From positions 452,939,261 to 453,003,260 of the forward strand of contig NC_133620.1 in the NCBI RefSeq assembly GCF_048593235.1: a stretch of DNA of 64,000 nt. The letters run 5' to 3'. Positions 52,463-63,440 of the stretch are shown here, one piece after another. How positions within the stretch are numbered: position 1 is the first letter of the stretch; every line of letters begins with the position of its first letter. Under the pieces are notes generated by a model. It was given only the letters and a program-made list of their open reading frames with translations. It did no database searches and was not told the origin of the DNA. Source of the stretch: Sminthopsis crassicaudata (Eukaryota). A program made the translations under genes and the position numbers.

Positions 52463-52562
52463 ATGGGGTTCCTGGACCGGGAAAGGATACTGACCTTGCT
52501 GGAAAACTTCTATGACAAAAGCCCAAAGATAGTTAAGAAGCTATTCCGGAACCCAAGATATT
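52463..52562 (+). CDS. EFCAB5: EFCAB5 exon, 100 nt (MGFLDRERILTLLENFYDKSPKIVKKLFRNPRY)
   Basis: ttttgcctag acceptor and T|gtaagt donor; aligns to human [20 protein letters not shown]...RNPRQW. Confidence 0.95.
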
Positions 52563-53216
52563 GTAAGTAAAACAACAGATGGGATAACCTGTCAGGCCAA
52601 GATGGCATCTTCCTAACCATCGCCATCATTATTGTGACAGCTTCAGCTTGAAATCATGTTATTCCTACCTATACACTTTAATCTCCTTATTGCTTTGGTG
52701 GAAGCAAAATTATGATTAGGGCAGAACAACTGGGGCTTTCCCCTAGGGTACAGGAATTTAGAGAACATTAAAAAAACAACAACATAAAAAAAAAAAAACC
52801 ACTTTTAGTCCTTCAGCAGTGGGGAAACAACTGAGTTAACACTTTATCTAGCAAGAAAAATGAGTTAAATAGGAAATTACTATTGTGCCTCAGCCTACTT
52901 CCGAACACAATCATCCAAAAATGTTAGTTCACAGGCAGCATTTTGTGCTATTTGTCCCACGTGTAAAAATGATTGCATAGTAACTATAACCTTAAAAATG
53001 CCTGATACCCGTTTCAACTAGAACCAAATTCCCAGTTACTTAACATTAAAAACCAGAGTTGGGTTTTTAACTGACAATAATAACCAGATCACCAAAAATA
53101 TTAGCATTAGAAGGAGATCGATTAGAGTATCCTTTCCCTCCTTTCATAGGGTTATTAGCCAATAGTGCCACTAAAATGGTCATCTTGTCAGCCAAATGTC
53201 TTACTTTCTGTACTAG

Positions 53217-53876
53217 GGCCATTCATTGAATTTCGAGACATAGAACCAGCTGAGTTCTGGGGAGACTTGGATGATGAGAAGAGCCCTTTTGAGGCATTGG
53301 AAAAAATACCTTCAGGAGAGATAAACAAACATCTTCTGGCCTTTGAGAGGCTGTTGTCCCTGCATGACACAGAAGATGAAGAAGAAGAGCATAAAAAGAT
53401 TAGGCGTTCCACAGATAAGGCCCATGGAGATGACTCAGAGCCACAAGAAACAGGAAGTTATGAAAAAGTTCATGGTAAGCTAAGTTCTTCAGGAAAGGAG
53501 GAGTTGCCTCCAGAATCTCAGAAAAGACTAAGTCAAGAACCAGAGGAGAAAAGAACATCAGTAGAGGAAGAAAGATCTAGAAAGTCAAGTTCACAGCCGA
53601 GAACCTCCTTACAAGAGAAGAGAGACTCTAAGGGACCAAGAAAGGAGAGTGAACCGATCCCAGAAGGGAATGGCTTAAGCACACTGCCACAGGATGGGGA
53701 AGAGCAAGATGCATCTGCAGTGGAACAGGGACAAGACCCCATAGAGAAGAAAGCATCACTAGAAATAACAGAATCCGGTTCCCTCCTCCAAGGGGAAAGC
53801 AGCAAAGGGCAATTGGCAGATATTGCAGAGGAAGCTTCCAAAGTTTCCAAAACAGCCTCAGAAGAAAATCCCCCAG
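53217..53876 (+). CDS. EFCAB5: EFCAB5 large exon, 660 nt (WPFIEFRDIEPAEFWGDLDDEK...EENPP), acidic low-complexity linker
   Basis: ttactttctgtactag acceptor and CAG|gtaaga donor; inside the 299-aa ORF; phase 1 to 1. Confidence 0.93.
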
Positions 53877-54103
53877 GTAAGAATGTCTCTGACTTATCAC
53901 TGACTTATGTTTTGTTGACTCCAAATGATTTTCCTAATCCACAGCCATTGAACACCATTGATACACTTAACGCCATTCTAGACTTGCCAAACCATTCTGC
54001 TCCTCAGCATTGTCTCTTCAGGATCTTCCTGGGTCATCTTTGTGTGCTGGAATTCTACATATAAGGAGGAAATCTGACCACATTAAAAATAGAAGTAATT
54101 CTT

Positions 54104-54174
54104 AGCTGTGTGACCCTGGGCAAGTCACTTAACTCCAAATGCCTCAAAAAAAAAAAAAAAAAAAAAAAAAAAAG
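54104..54174 (+). mobile_element. Extremely 5'-truncated WSINE1 (about 42 bp plus A28)
   Basis: 16-bp TSD aatagaagtaattctt at 54088-54103 and 54175-54190. Confidence 0.9.
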
Positions 54175-54553
54175 AATAGAAGTAATTCTTCATTTATTTG
54201 TTATAGGTTAGAACAGCCAACTAGCCAGAGGAGAATTCAGATCAGGAAATGGAGTAAAAACAGTTGAGCTATGAATGTGTAGAGTCTGATGCCAGGGAAT
54301 TGAGTTTGTTTTTAATTCTTTTAATTCCATTTCCAAAAGAGAATTTGTACTTTCCTCCTATGTAGAAAATGTCTTGTGTTGTGACAAAATTTTAAATTGG
54401 GCTACTTCGAGGCCCTCAGAAAAGGCTCTGTGGCTCTCCACTAACACATCAATATGGAAGTGGTTTCGTTTTGTACTTTATTTTTTAACCTTTTTGGTGA
54501 GATAGAGATCACATCACGGTATGTTATGCCAAAAGGTAATGAACTCAATATGC

Positions 54554-54556
<3 letters not shown>

Positions 54557-54640
<84 letters not shown>
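54557..54640. repeat. (GA)n microsatellite
   Basis: Direct reading. Confidence 0.97.
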
Positions 54641-54646
<6 letters not shown>

Positions 54647-55532
54647 GGACTTGGGCCACGGAGGAATTGACATTGCTAACTATGCAGATTGTGTTTTTTA
54701 TTTTAAGAATTTTAGCAAGTAAATGCTTGGTAATTGAAAAAAAAATCTCAAAATTTGTACCATTTAGGTCTGAGGTCCCACAGCCCCACTAATCCTAAAT
54801 ATGGAACCTAGTTTAAAAAGCTGTAGCCATGGAGACCGGCAACTCAGTCATATCAGTCTCGTGTAGAAAAAGGCCTGGCAGACTTGGTGTCAGGAGAGGT
54901 TGACATTAGATTCCCCTGCCTTGGGTTTTCTAGTTATACAAACCTGGACAAGTCACTGAAACTTTGTGCCTCAGTTTACTTATCTGCAAAATGTAGATAG
55001 TAATATTTGAACAATCTTTCCCAAGACCCTCAAGCCAAATTCAACTTTTTGGCATGTGAACTCTTCAGTGTTCTCTCAGATTCTAGGTCACAGGGGAGAT
55101 GTTGACCTGGGTTGGGAGAGGGATTTACCTTCATCCATAAAATGACAGGTCCAGTCCCTAATCCTATATCATAGAAAAGTGACCTGCTTCTACTACTACT
55201 ATGTAACCCTCCACTGGCTGGATCTCAGTTTTCCTAGCCACAGAATAGAGTTAATAATGCTTAGCCTCTCTTTACCTCATAGGAATGAAGATAATAAAAG
55301 TAGTAACTGATCTTGGATTATCACTAATAATCACAGCTACTGAGTAGCCTCTGGGTGTTGTCATAGTAATGACAAATTTTAAGCTACCCAGGGAACTATG
55401 ACTCTCTAAGGAGGTTTTCATCATCAGGATGTGGGTGATTTCCCTTAGTAGAAAACTGGAGAATAATTGCTGTTGAGAATTTCATCTTTCTGGGTAACCA
55501 ATTAATTGGTGATTTCCTTTGACAATTTTCAG

Positions 55533-55592
55533 AAACTAGAGACAAAGTCTGTGAGCCCAGGAGCCAGCTAATAGAAGGAAAGCCATGGTCAG
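55533..55592 (+). CDS. EFCAB5: EFCAB5 exon, 60 nt (ETRDKVCEPRSQLIEGKPWS)
   Basis: gacaattttcag acceptor and CAG|gtgact donor; matches human KDKPCEPKSQKIEGKSWS; too short for the ORF track. Confidence 0.9.
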
Positions 55593-55714
55593 GTGACTCT
55601 ACCTTTAATTCTCCCTTCCTTTGTCCCTTGACACACACACTTACATTGGGTGACAGAGATGTTGGGAAAGGAGTTACGGAATTGTCTTTATTCTGGTCTT
55701 CTGTGTTCTTCCAG

Positions 55715-55807
55715 GTGAACTCTTAACTTCTGATCTGGCCAAGAACTATATGAATTATGGAGAAAACAAAGAGGCTTATTTAGTCTCCGAAGATCCCAGG
55801 TTTGCAG
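55715..55807 (+). CDS. EFCAB5: EFCAB5 exon, 93 nt (GELLTSDLAKNYMNYGENKEAYLVSEDPRFA)
   Basis: ctgtgttcttccag acceptor and CAG|gtactt donor; corresponds to human GEFFT...GNSRFT. Confidence 0.9.
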
Positions 55808-56561
55808 GTACTTGATGACACTGAGTCCAGGATGATATGAATGGCAACTCAATGGACAAATGGGCTAGTAGACTAACTCTGATTACTGTGTGAACTCATT
55901 TTCAGGGGCTGACCAGCCCCTCTCCCCCCTCCTTCCTCCACAAGTAGTAAAAACAAAGCCCTGTGACCTTTTCTTCTCACCTGATTGCATATGGGTCTTG
56001 GTGGCATTCAAGATTACTAACACAAGATACCCACCTACTCCTCTCAAACATTAAGAGTGTGTCAGGGGGAGAAATCACATCATGGGCCAAATGCTTTAGG
56101 AACTTTTTGTGTGTATCTGTGTTTTGTAAGTTTAGGCTAGAAGCAACATGGCAGAGTGAAGAGAGAACCAGCCTTAAGAGTCAGGGAGAACTGAGTTTAA
56201 ATCCAGCCTCAGACACTTACAGGCTGTGTGACCCTGAGCTAGTTGCTTAATCCTGATTGCCACAAAGGAAAAATAAATACTAAATTCTCTTGGGGATCAA
56301 AAAAAGTAAAAACCTGGTTCTGCCCTCAAGGAGTTCAAAGAAAAGATGCTAATCTATATTGGTAGAAGAAGTTTCCTCACATAGGAATGTTAATGAGAAC
56401 ACAGGAAAGGAAATAACAGATCAAACCACAAAACTCTATAAATGGATTACTATTAGTCTTAGTCCTATTCTTGATTAGCTGCCCACATGGCATCCAGTAT
56501 TTGCCTCATGTTTTGGGGGATTTCTCTCCTGATTACCTAACTTCTGTTTCCTGCTAACCAG

Positions 56562-56776
56562 AGCTGCGTCCAATAATCCTCAGAATTCTGAACCAGGAAG
56601 AGTCAAATATAAGGAGCCCCTTTACCCAGAACTACCTCACTGTGACACAGTTTGTTCAGCTCATGGAGACATTTGTGGGGGAAGGTGTCTCCACTGGGAT
56701 TATGAAGAAGTTCATCAACTTTATAAAGAAGAATTACGTGGAAACACAGGAAGAAAAAATCAACCAGCTGGAGAAG
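56562..56776 (+). CDS. EFCAB5: EFCAB5 exon, 215 nt (ELRPIILRIL...QFVQLMETFVGE...EEKINQLEK)
   Basis: tttcctgctaaccag acceptor and AAG|gtaagt donor; aligns to human QFVQLLETFVGE...YVETEQEK. Confidence 0.95.
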
Positions 56777-57316
56777 GTAAGTTGTGCTAAAAGCCCCGGC
56801 AGAGACCAAAGTTTTGAGGACAAACACTATCATCCCAGGTCTTGCTGGATTTTATTTCTTCTTTTTTTGTTATGGTTGATCTTTTTACCTTCTTCCTCTC
56901 CCCCAGAGTTTGTCACTTTATTTCCACATTTTTTCAACAAGCAGGTCCTCTGAGTCACTGCAAGTCCCTCTCACTCCAGAGTCCCTCTCAACTTGAAAAC
57001 TGTAGTCCTAGGATGATTAAGGGGAACATTCATTTATATGTGTGTGAGGTTTTCATTCATTGAGATCCCCATGTTATAAGTAATAATAATGATGATAGCT
57101 AGAAAGTTTGCAAAAAACTCTATGTATATTAACTTCCTGAACCTTGTACCAATCTTATGAGGTAGGTTCTGTTATTATCCCCATTTTATAGAAGAGGAAA
57201 CCAAGACTGAGAGAGAGAACTTGCCTAGGATCACCCAGCTAGCGGGTATCTGAGGCTGGATTCCTGACTCCAAATCTAACATTACACCCACAACACAACT
57301 AACAAAGTCACAAGTC

Positions 57317-57363
<47 letters not shown>

Positions 57364-58858
57364 GCTTTTTATTTACAAGATATATGCATGGGTAATTTTT
57401 CAGCATTGACCCTTGCAAAACCTTCTGTTCCAACTTTTTCCCCTCCTTCCCCCATCCTCTCCCCCAGATGGCAGGTAGACCAATACACGTTAAATATGTT
57501 AAAGTATAAGTTAAATACAATGTATGTATACATGTTCGTATAGTTATTTTGCTGCACAAAAAGAATCGGACTTTGAAATAGTGTACAATTTGCCTGTGAA
57601 GGAAATAAAAAATGCAGGCAGACAAAAATATAGGGATTGGGAATTCTATGTAGTGGTTCATAGTCATCTCCCAGAGTTCTTTCACTGGGTGTAGCTGGTT
57701 CAGTTCATTACTGCTCTATTGGAACTGATTTGGTTCATCTCATTGCTGGAGAGGGCCTCGTCCATCAGAATTGATCATCATAGAGTATTGTTGTTGAAGT
57801 ATACAACGATCTCCTGGTCCTACTCATTTCACTCAGCATCAGTTCCTGTAAGTCTCTCCAGGACACTCTGAAATCATCCTGCTGGTCATTTCTTACAGAA
57901 CAATAATATTCCATAACATTCATATACCATGATTTATTCAGCCATTCTCCAATTGATGGGCATCCACTCAGTTTCCAGTTTCTGGCCATTACAAAGAGGG
58001 CTGCCACAAACATTCTTGCACTTGTGGGTCCCTTTCCCTTCTTTAAAATCTCTTTGGGATATAATCCCAGTAGTAACACTGCTGGGTCAAAGGGTATACA
58101 CAGTTTGATAATTTTTTGAGCCTAGTTCCAAATCGTTCTCCAAAATGGCTGGATGTATTCACAATTCACCCACAATGTATCAGTGTCCTAGTTTTCCCAC
58201 ATTCCCTCTAACATTCATCGTTATTTGTTCCTGTCATTTTAGCCAATCTGAGAGGTGTGTAGTGGTATCTCAGAGTTGTCTTAATTTGCATTTCTCTGAT
58301 TACTAATTACTTGGAACATCTTTTCATATGTCTACAGATGGTTTCAATTTCTTCGTCTGAGAATTGTCTGTTCATATCCTTTGACCACTTATCAATTGGA
58401 GAATGGCTTGATTTCTTATAAATTAGAGTCAATTCTCTATATTTTGGAACATTTGACTATAAAAATGCTTTCCCAGTTTATTGTTTCCTTTCTAATCTTG
58501 TCTGCAATAGTTTTGTTTGTACAAAAACTTTTCAATTTAATATAATCAAAATTTGTGATCAATAATGATCTTTAGTTCTTCTTTGGTCATAAATTCCTTC
58601 CTCTTCCACAAGTCTGAGAGGTAAACTATCCTATGTTCTTCTAATTTATTTATAATCTCATTCTCTATGCCTAGGTCATGAACCCATTTCGACCTTACTT
58701 TGGCATATGATGTTAAGTGTGGGTCAATGCCTACTTTCTGCCATACTAATTTCCAATTTTTCCAGCAATTTTTGTCAAACAATGAGTTCTTATCCCAAAA
58801 GCTGGGGGTCTTTGGGTTTGTCAAACACTAGATTATTAAAGTTATTGACTATTTTGTC
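57317..58858 (-). mobile_element. L1 3' fragment (1.5 kb) with (TTA)n tail
   Basis: 14-bp TSD caaagtcacaagtc at 57303-57316 and 58859-58872; ORF2 peptides (FDKNCWKNWKLVWQK; ARMFVAALFVMARNWK). Confidence 0.93.
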
Positions 58859-59869
58859 CAAAGTCACAAGTCCTGACCCCTTCCCCCACCCAAAAGCCTC
58901 TCATCACATGACAGTGACATGGTCACTCATCCCACTGTATCTCAGCCCGTCCACTCACCCCCAAAGGTTGCTGCTGGCCAGAAAATGTCAGAGTTGTTCC
59001 TGTGGTACTCTTTGTCTGTTTGGCCCGAGAGAATGCCCTTGTGGCAGTTGCATGGCATTGTGGGAAGTGTGCTAGAACCAGAGTCAGGAAGACCTTTGCC
59101 AGCTGGGACACCCACGGAGAGACACACCAGGTTACTTAATGGAAGTACTTCCACTCATCTCTAATTAAATGTAAAATGATGACATCTAGGCCCAAGTATT
59201 TGAGAAAATGGTTGCTCCTTACCAGCCAAAGTTGTGAGAGAAGGCCCCAAACTCAAAGGTTTACTGAGCTCAGGGCTCCAAATCATCTATAAGCCCGGAA
59301 CTTTTGTGAGTTTAAGTATTTCCATCAAGCGACTTGTATCATCAGATTCTTTATTATATAGGGAATATGGTCCTCTTCCCACACTTTGTTGTTGTGCGAT
59401 CATTTTTCAGTTATGTCTAACTCTCTATGACCCCATTTGGATTTTCTTGGCAGAGGTATTGGAGTGGTTTGTCATTTCCTTCTCCAGCTCCTTTTACAGA
59501 TGAGGAAACTGAGGCAAATCGCCCAAAGTCACACACTTAGTAAGTGTCTGAGGCTGGATTTGAATTCTGTTTTCCTAACTTCAGGTCCTGTCCATGGCTC
59601 TGTCCACACCTTGATCCACGGCTATCTGGGTTCTAATCCAATAGAAAGATTTATGTATGCTGCTTTCCCCTTTGAGTGTAAATTCCTTAAAGACAGGGAC
59701 TGTTTCTGCCTCCTTTGTGTCCTCGGGCTATTAGTACAAGGCTCCACACATAATAAGCCCTCGATAAAGGCTTGTGGTTTGTTTGATTGATTGCTACAGT
59801 CCCTGATTTTCATCTTGTGGGAGCAACAGTGAATGGCAATCATTTTCCTACTCAGAGATTTAAGTTCAT

Positions 59870-60029
59870 TTTCTCTTTCTCTCTCTGTGTCTTTCTGTCT
59901 CTGTCTCTCTGTGTCTTTCTCTGTCTTTTCTCTCTCTGTGTCTCTGTGTCTATCTCTGTCTCTCTGTCTCTGTCTCTCTCTGTTTCTATCTCTGTTTCTG
60001 TCTCTCTGTATCTCTCTCTTTGTGTCTGT
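59870..60029. repeat. (TGTCTC)-rich pyrimidine repeat running into the assembly gap
   Basis: Direct reading. Confidence 0.93.
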
Positions 60030-60742
60030 NNNNNNNNNNNNNNNNNNNNNNNNNNNNNNNNNNNNNNNNNNNNNNNNNNNNNNNNNNNNNNNNNNNNNNN
60101 NNNNNNNNNNNNNNNNNNNNNNNNNNNNNNNNNNNNNNNNNNNNNNNNNNNNNNNNNNNNNNNNNNNNNNNNNNNNNNNNNNNNNNNNNNNNNNNNNNNN
60201 NNNNNNNNNNNNNNNNNNNNNNNNNNNNNNNNNNNNNNNNNNNNNNNNNNNNNNNNNNNNNNNNNNNNNNNNNNNNNNNNNNNNNNNNNNNNNNNNNNNN
60301 NNNNNNNNNNNNNNNNNNNNNNNNNNNNNNNNNNNNNNNNNNNNNNNNNNNNNNNNNNNNNNNNNNNNNNNNNNNNNNNNNNNNNNNNNNNNNNNNNNNN
60401 NNNNNNNNNNNNNNNNNNNNNNNNNNNNNNNNNNNNNNNNNNNNNNNNNNNNNNNNNNNNNNNNNNNNNNNNNNNNNNNNNNNNNNNNNNNNNNNNNNNN
60501 NNNNNNNNNNNNNNNNNNNNNNNNNNNNNNNNNNNNNNNNNNNNNNNNNNNNNNNNNNNNNNNNNNNNNNNNNNNNNNNNNNNNNNNNNNNNNNNNNNNN
60601 NNNNNNNNNNNNNNNNNNNNNNNNNNNNNNNNNNNNNNNNNNNNNNNNNNNNNNNNNNNNNNNNNNNNNNNNNNNNNNNNNNNNNNNNNNNNNNNNNNNN
60701 NNNNNNNNNNNNNNNNNNNNNNNNNNNNNNNNNNNNNNNNNN
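60030..60742. other. Assembly gap (713 N)
   Basis: Direct reading. Confidence 0.99.
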
Positions 60743-62260
60743 TCCCTCACTTTAGCCCCCTCCTATCTGACTACCCCCCTCTGGGGGTCCCTCATGCACC
60801 CTCATGGGTGTCCCGGGGTTCTGGGCTGGAGCCCTGTCTCCTTTCGCCCCCTTGGCGGTCTCACGGGCTCCCGTGGGTTCCTTTGTCCTTCCGTGCCGAT
60901 GAGCTCCGAGCCTCCAGTCCGAGTCTCCCGAGAATTCCCACAGGCGGGATGCCCCCCGGGCAGCTCAGACTCAGCGCTGCCCGCGCTCCCCGCTCCCGGA
61001 CCAGGGCCCCGCTGTCCCCCCGCAGTTCCCGTCCCCCAGGCTCAGACCCGTCCTCAGCCGTCCTCCCCAGCCGGGAGCCGGACTCCCCACATCCTTTCTC
61101 CGTCTCCCACCGCCCCCTTCTCTCCTTTGCTCAGGCCCTGTCTTTCCTGGATAACTGCAGGAGCCTCCCATCCCCCATCGGATCCCCCTCCACGCAGCTC
61201 CCCAAAGGTTTTCCTGCTCGGTCTGACCACGGCACCCCCTCCCCCTCCCCCAGTCCCAGGGGCTCCCGGTGGCCTCCGGCGTCCCGCGGAGCATCTGCAC
61301 TTCGTGTTCTGGCAGAAGCCGGTTTCCTCCCGCCCTTTACACCCGACTCTCCCCTCCCCCCCACCTCCGGCCTGCCCCTCAGACACAACATTCCCCCCTC
61401 CCTCCTTGTCTCCGGTCGACCCCCCCCCCCCCCCCCGCGCGCCCTTCCCCCCCCCTCCCGTTGCGCCCAGTTCTGGCCCTTCCGAGATCCAGTGAAACCG
61501 GGCTTCTCGGAGGCCCCTCCTTACTACCTGCCTTGTACTCCCGCCAGGGGGCGCCATCGCGCGGAAAGACTCACCTCCATGAGCCGGGTCCCACCTCGCA
61601 CTTGCACTGAGTGACCCTGGGCAAGTCACTTCCCCCGTTGGCCTGTGCTTCCTCTTCTATAAACCGGGGACGGAAAAGAATACGGCTGCACGATCCTTTG
61701 TTGTGTTTGAAGCAATAGCAAGGGCGCCGGGGAGATCCGCAGCTGCGCAATCGTGGTTTTATTGTATGCGTTTGGGGAATCTTTGTTTTGTTCCATAAAT
61801 TAAAAATACAATAAAATGTTAAATTAAAAAAACAAACTAGAGAAGGCCCTTATAAATCCCTCTAGTTTCTTTGCCAAGAAAGCCCCAACGGGGTCACGAA
61901 ACATTGGAAATGACTGAAGAATGATGTAGTGACTTACGAGCGGTTTCCCATCAGGAGGTGAGCTCCCTGAGGCCCAGGGCCGCTGCCCCCCCCCCCTCCG
62001 GTGTCCTCCGCGCGGCGCTCGTCCGGCTGCATCCAGCTCTCCGGGAGCCCTCGGACAGCACTGACCAGGGCTTTTCTTGGCAAAGGTGCCGGAGTGACGG
62101 CGTTCCCTTTCGCGGTGCAGGGACCTGGCCCACAGCTGGCGTCCGAGGCCCGAGCTGAGCCAGGCCTCCCCGCCCAAAGGTCCCAGGCTGTGCCCGCGGA
62201 ACCCTCCTGCTCTGCCTGCAACCCAGCAAGCGCTTAACGCATCTCTTCTGCCTGGTGTCA
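60743..62260. promoter_or_regulatory. Intragenic CpG island
   Basis: Very GC-rich with dense CpG against a CpG-depleted, AT-rich window; left edge hidden in the gap. Confidence 0.85.
61541..61554 (+). promoter_or_regulatory. CTCF core motif CCGCCAGGGGGCGC
   Basis: Full match to the CTCF consensus, CpGs intact, inside the CpG island. Confidence 0.65.
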
Positions 62261-62614
62261 TTTATTAAGTGCCTACTATGTGCTGGAAGCACACGGTCCC
62301 TGGGGACAAAAACCTCTCCTCAGGGAGCTTACGTTCTATTGGGGGAGAAAACGCATGCTTAGTACATACGTACATAAATATGTAAATGTCAAATGTAGCG
62401 ATAGAGAATGGACCCATAATTCCCAGGGAAATCCTGGGAGAAAATAACACACTCAGTAAGAATGTGTTGGCCATTTCTAATCTTAGAGAGGAAGTTGGAG
62501 GTGGAGCGCTGAGACTAAGTGAGTTCCTTGGGTTCCCCACTAGAACATATCACAGGAAGGACTTGAACTTGGGTTTTCCTGGCACCAAACCCAGCTTTCT
62601 ATAGACCAAATATG

Positions 62615-63135
62615 GCATAAAAATATATCTATAATATATATATTATATATGACATAATGATATATACATTATTATACATTATACAATATTAACTTATGGA
62701 TTTATTTTATATAGATAATATATATTTTTCTATTGAATTATATAATTTATATGTTAATATATGTGTATATGTTTATATATAATTTATATGTAAATTATAA
62801 TTTTTTATTTTAAATATAAAATGAAAATAACTAATAGTATTATATATAATGTTTTTTATTTTATAATTATAAAATTTTTTTGACAGTGTATATGCATGAG
62901 TAATTTTTTATAACATTATCCCTTGTATTTATATAATGTAATATACAACATAATAACATAAAGATTAATTTATTTTATATCAATTACATAAAATATATTG
63001 TATAATTAGTATGAATTATTATGCTATGATATTTAATTGCACAATACACAATATCATATAAAATGCATAATGTATAAATTATATAATTTATTTTATTACA
63101 TAATTTAATTAAATATATTTAAAATAAATATAAAG
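62615..63135. repeat. AT-rich low-complexity tract with an embedded short L1 3' tail (about 62850-62930, minus)
   Basis: Direct reading; tgacagtgtatatgcatgagtaattttttataacattatcccttgta matches the 12933 L1 end. Confidence 0.85.
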
Positions 63136-63245
63136 ATATCTCTTGGTGTCATGCTCCAGCCTGAGGTGAAGTCATCTGTGTAAAAGACAAGTGAGTTACA
63201 GGGAGTTAAGCCTTTCCATCTTTTGCAATCCTCCTTGCTTCCTAG

Positions 63246-63440
<195 letters not shown>

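Noticed and set aside
59787-61614. 254-593-aa ORFs
   Set aside because: Artefacts of translating through N and GC-rich, stop-poor sequence.
61800-61930. AATAAA/A-rich tail and TATAAAT as a retrogene end or TATA promoter
   Set aside because: Better explained as an old L1-like tail followed by a MAR1 tail remnant.
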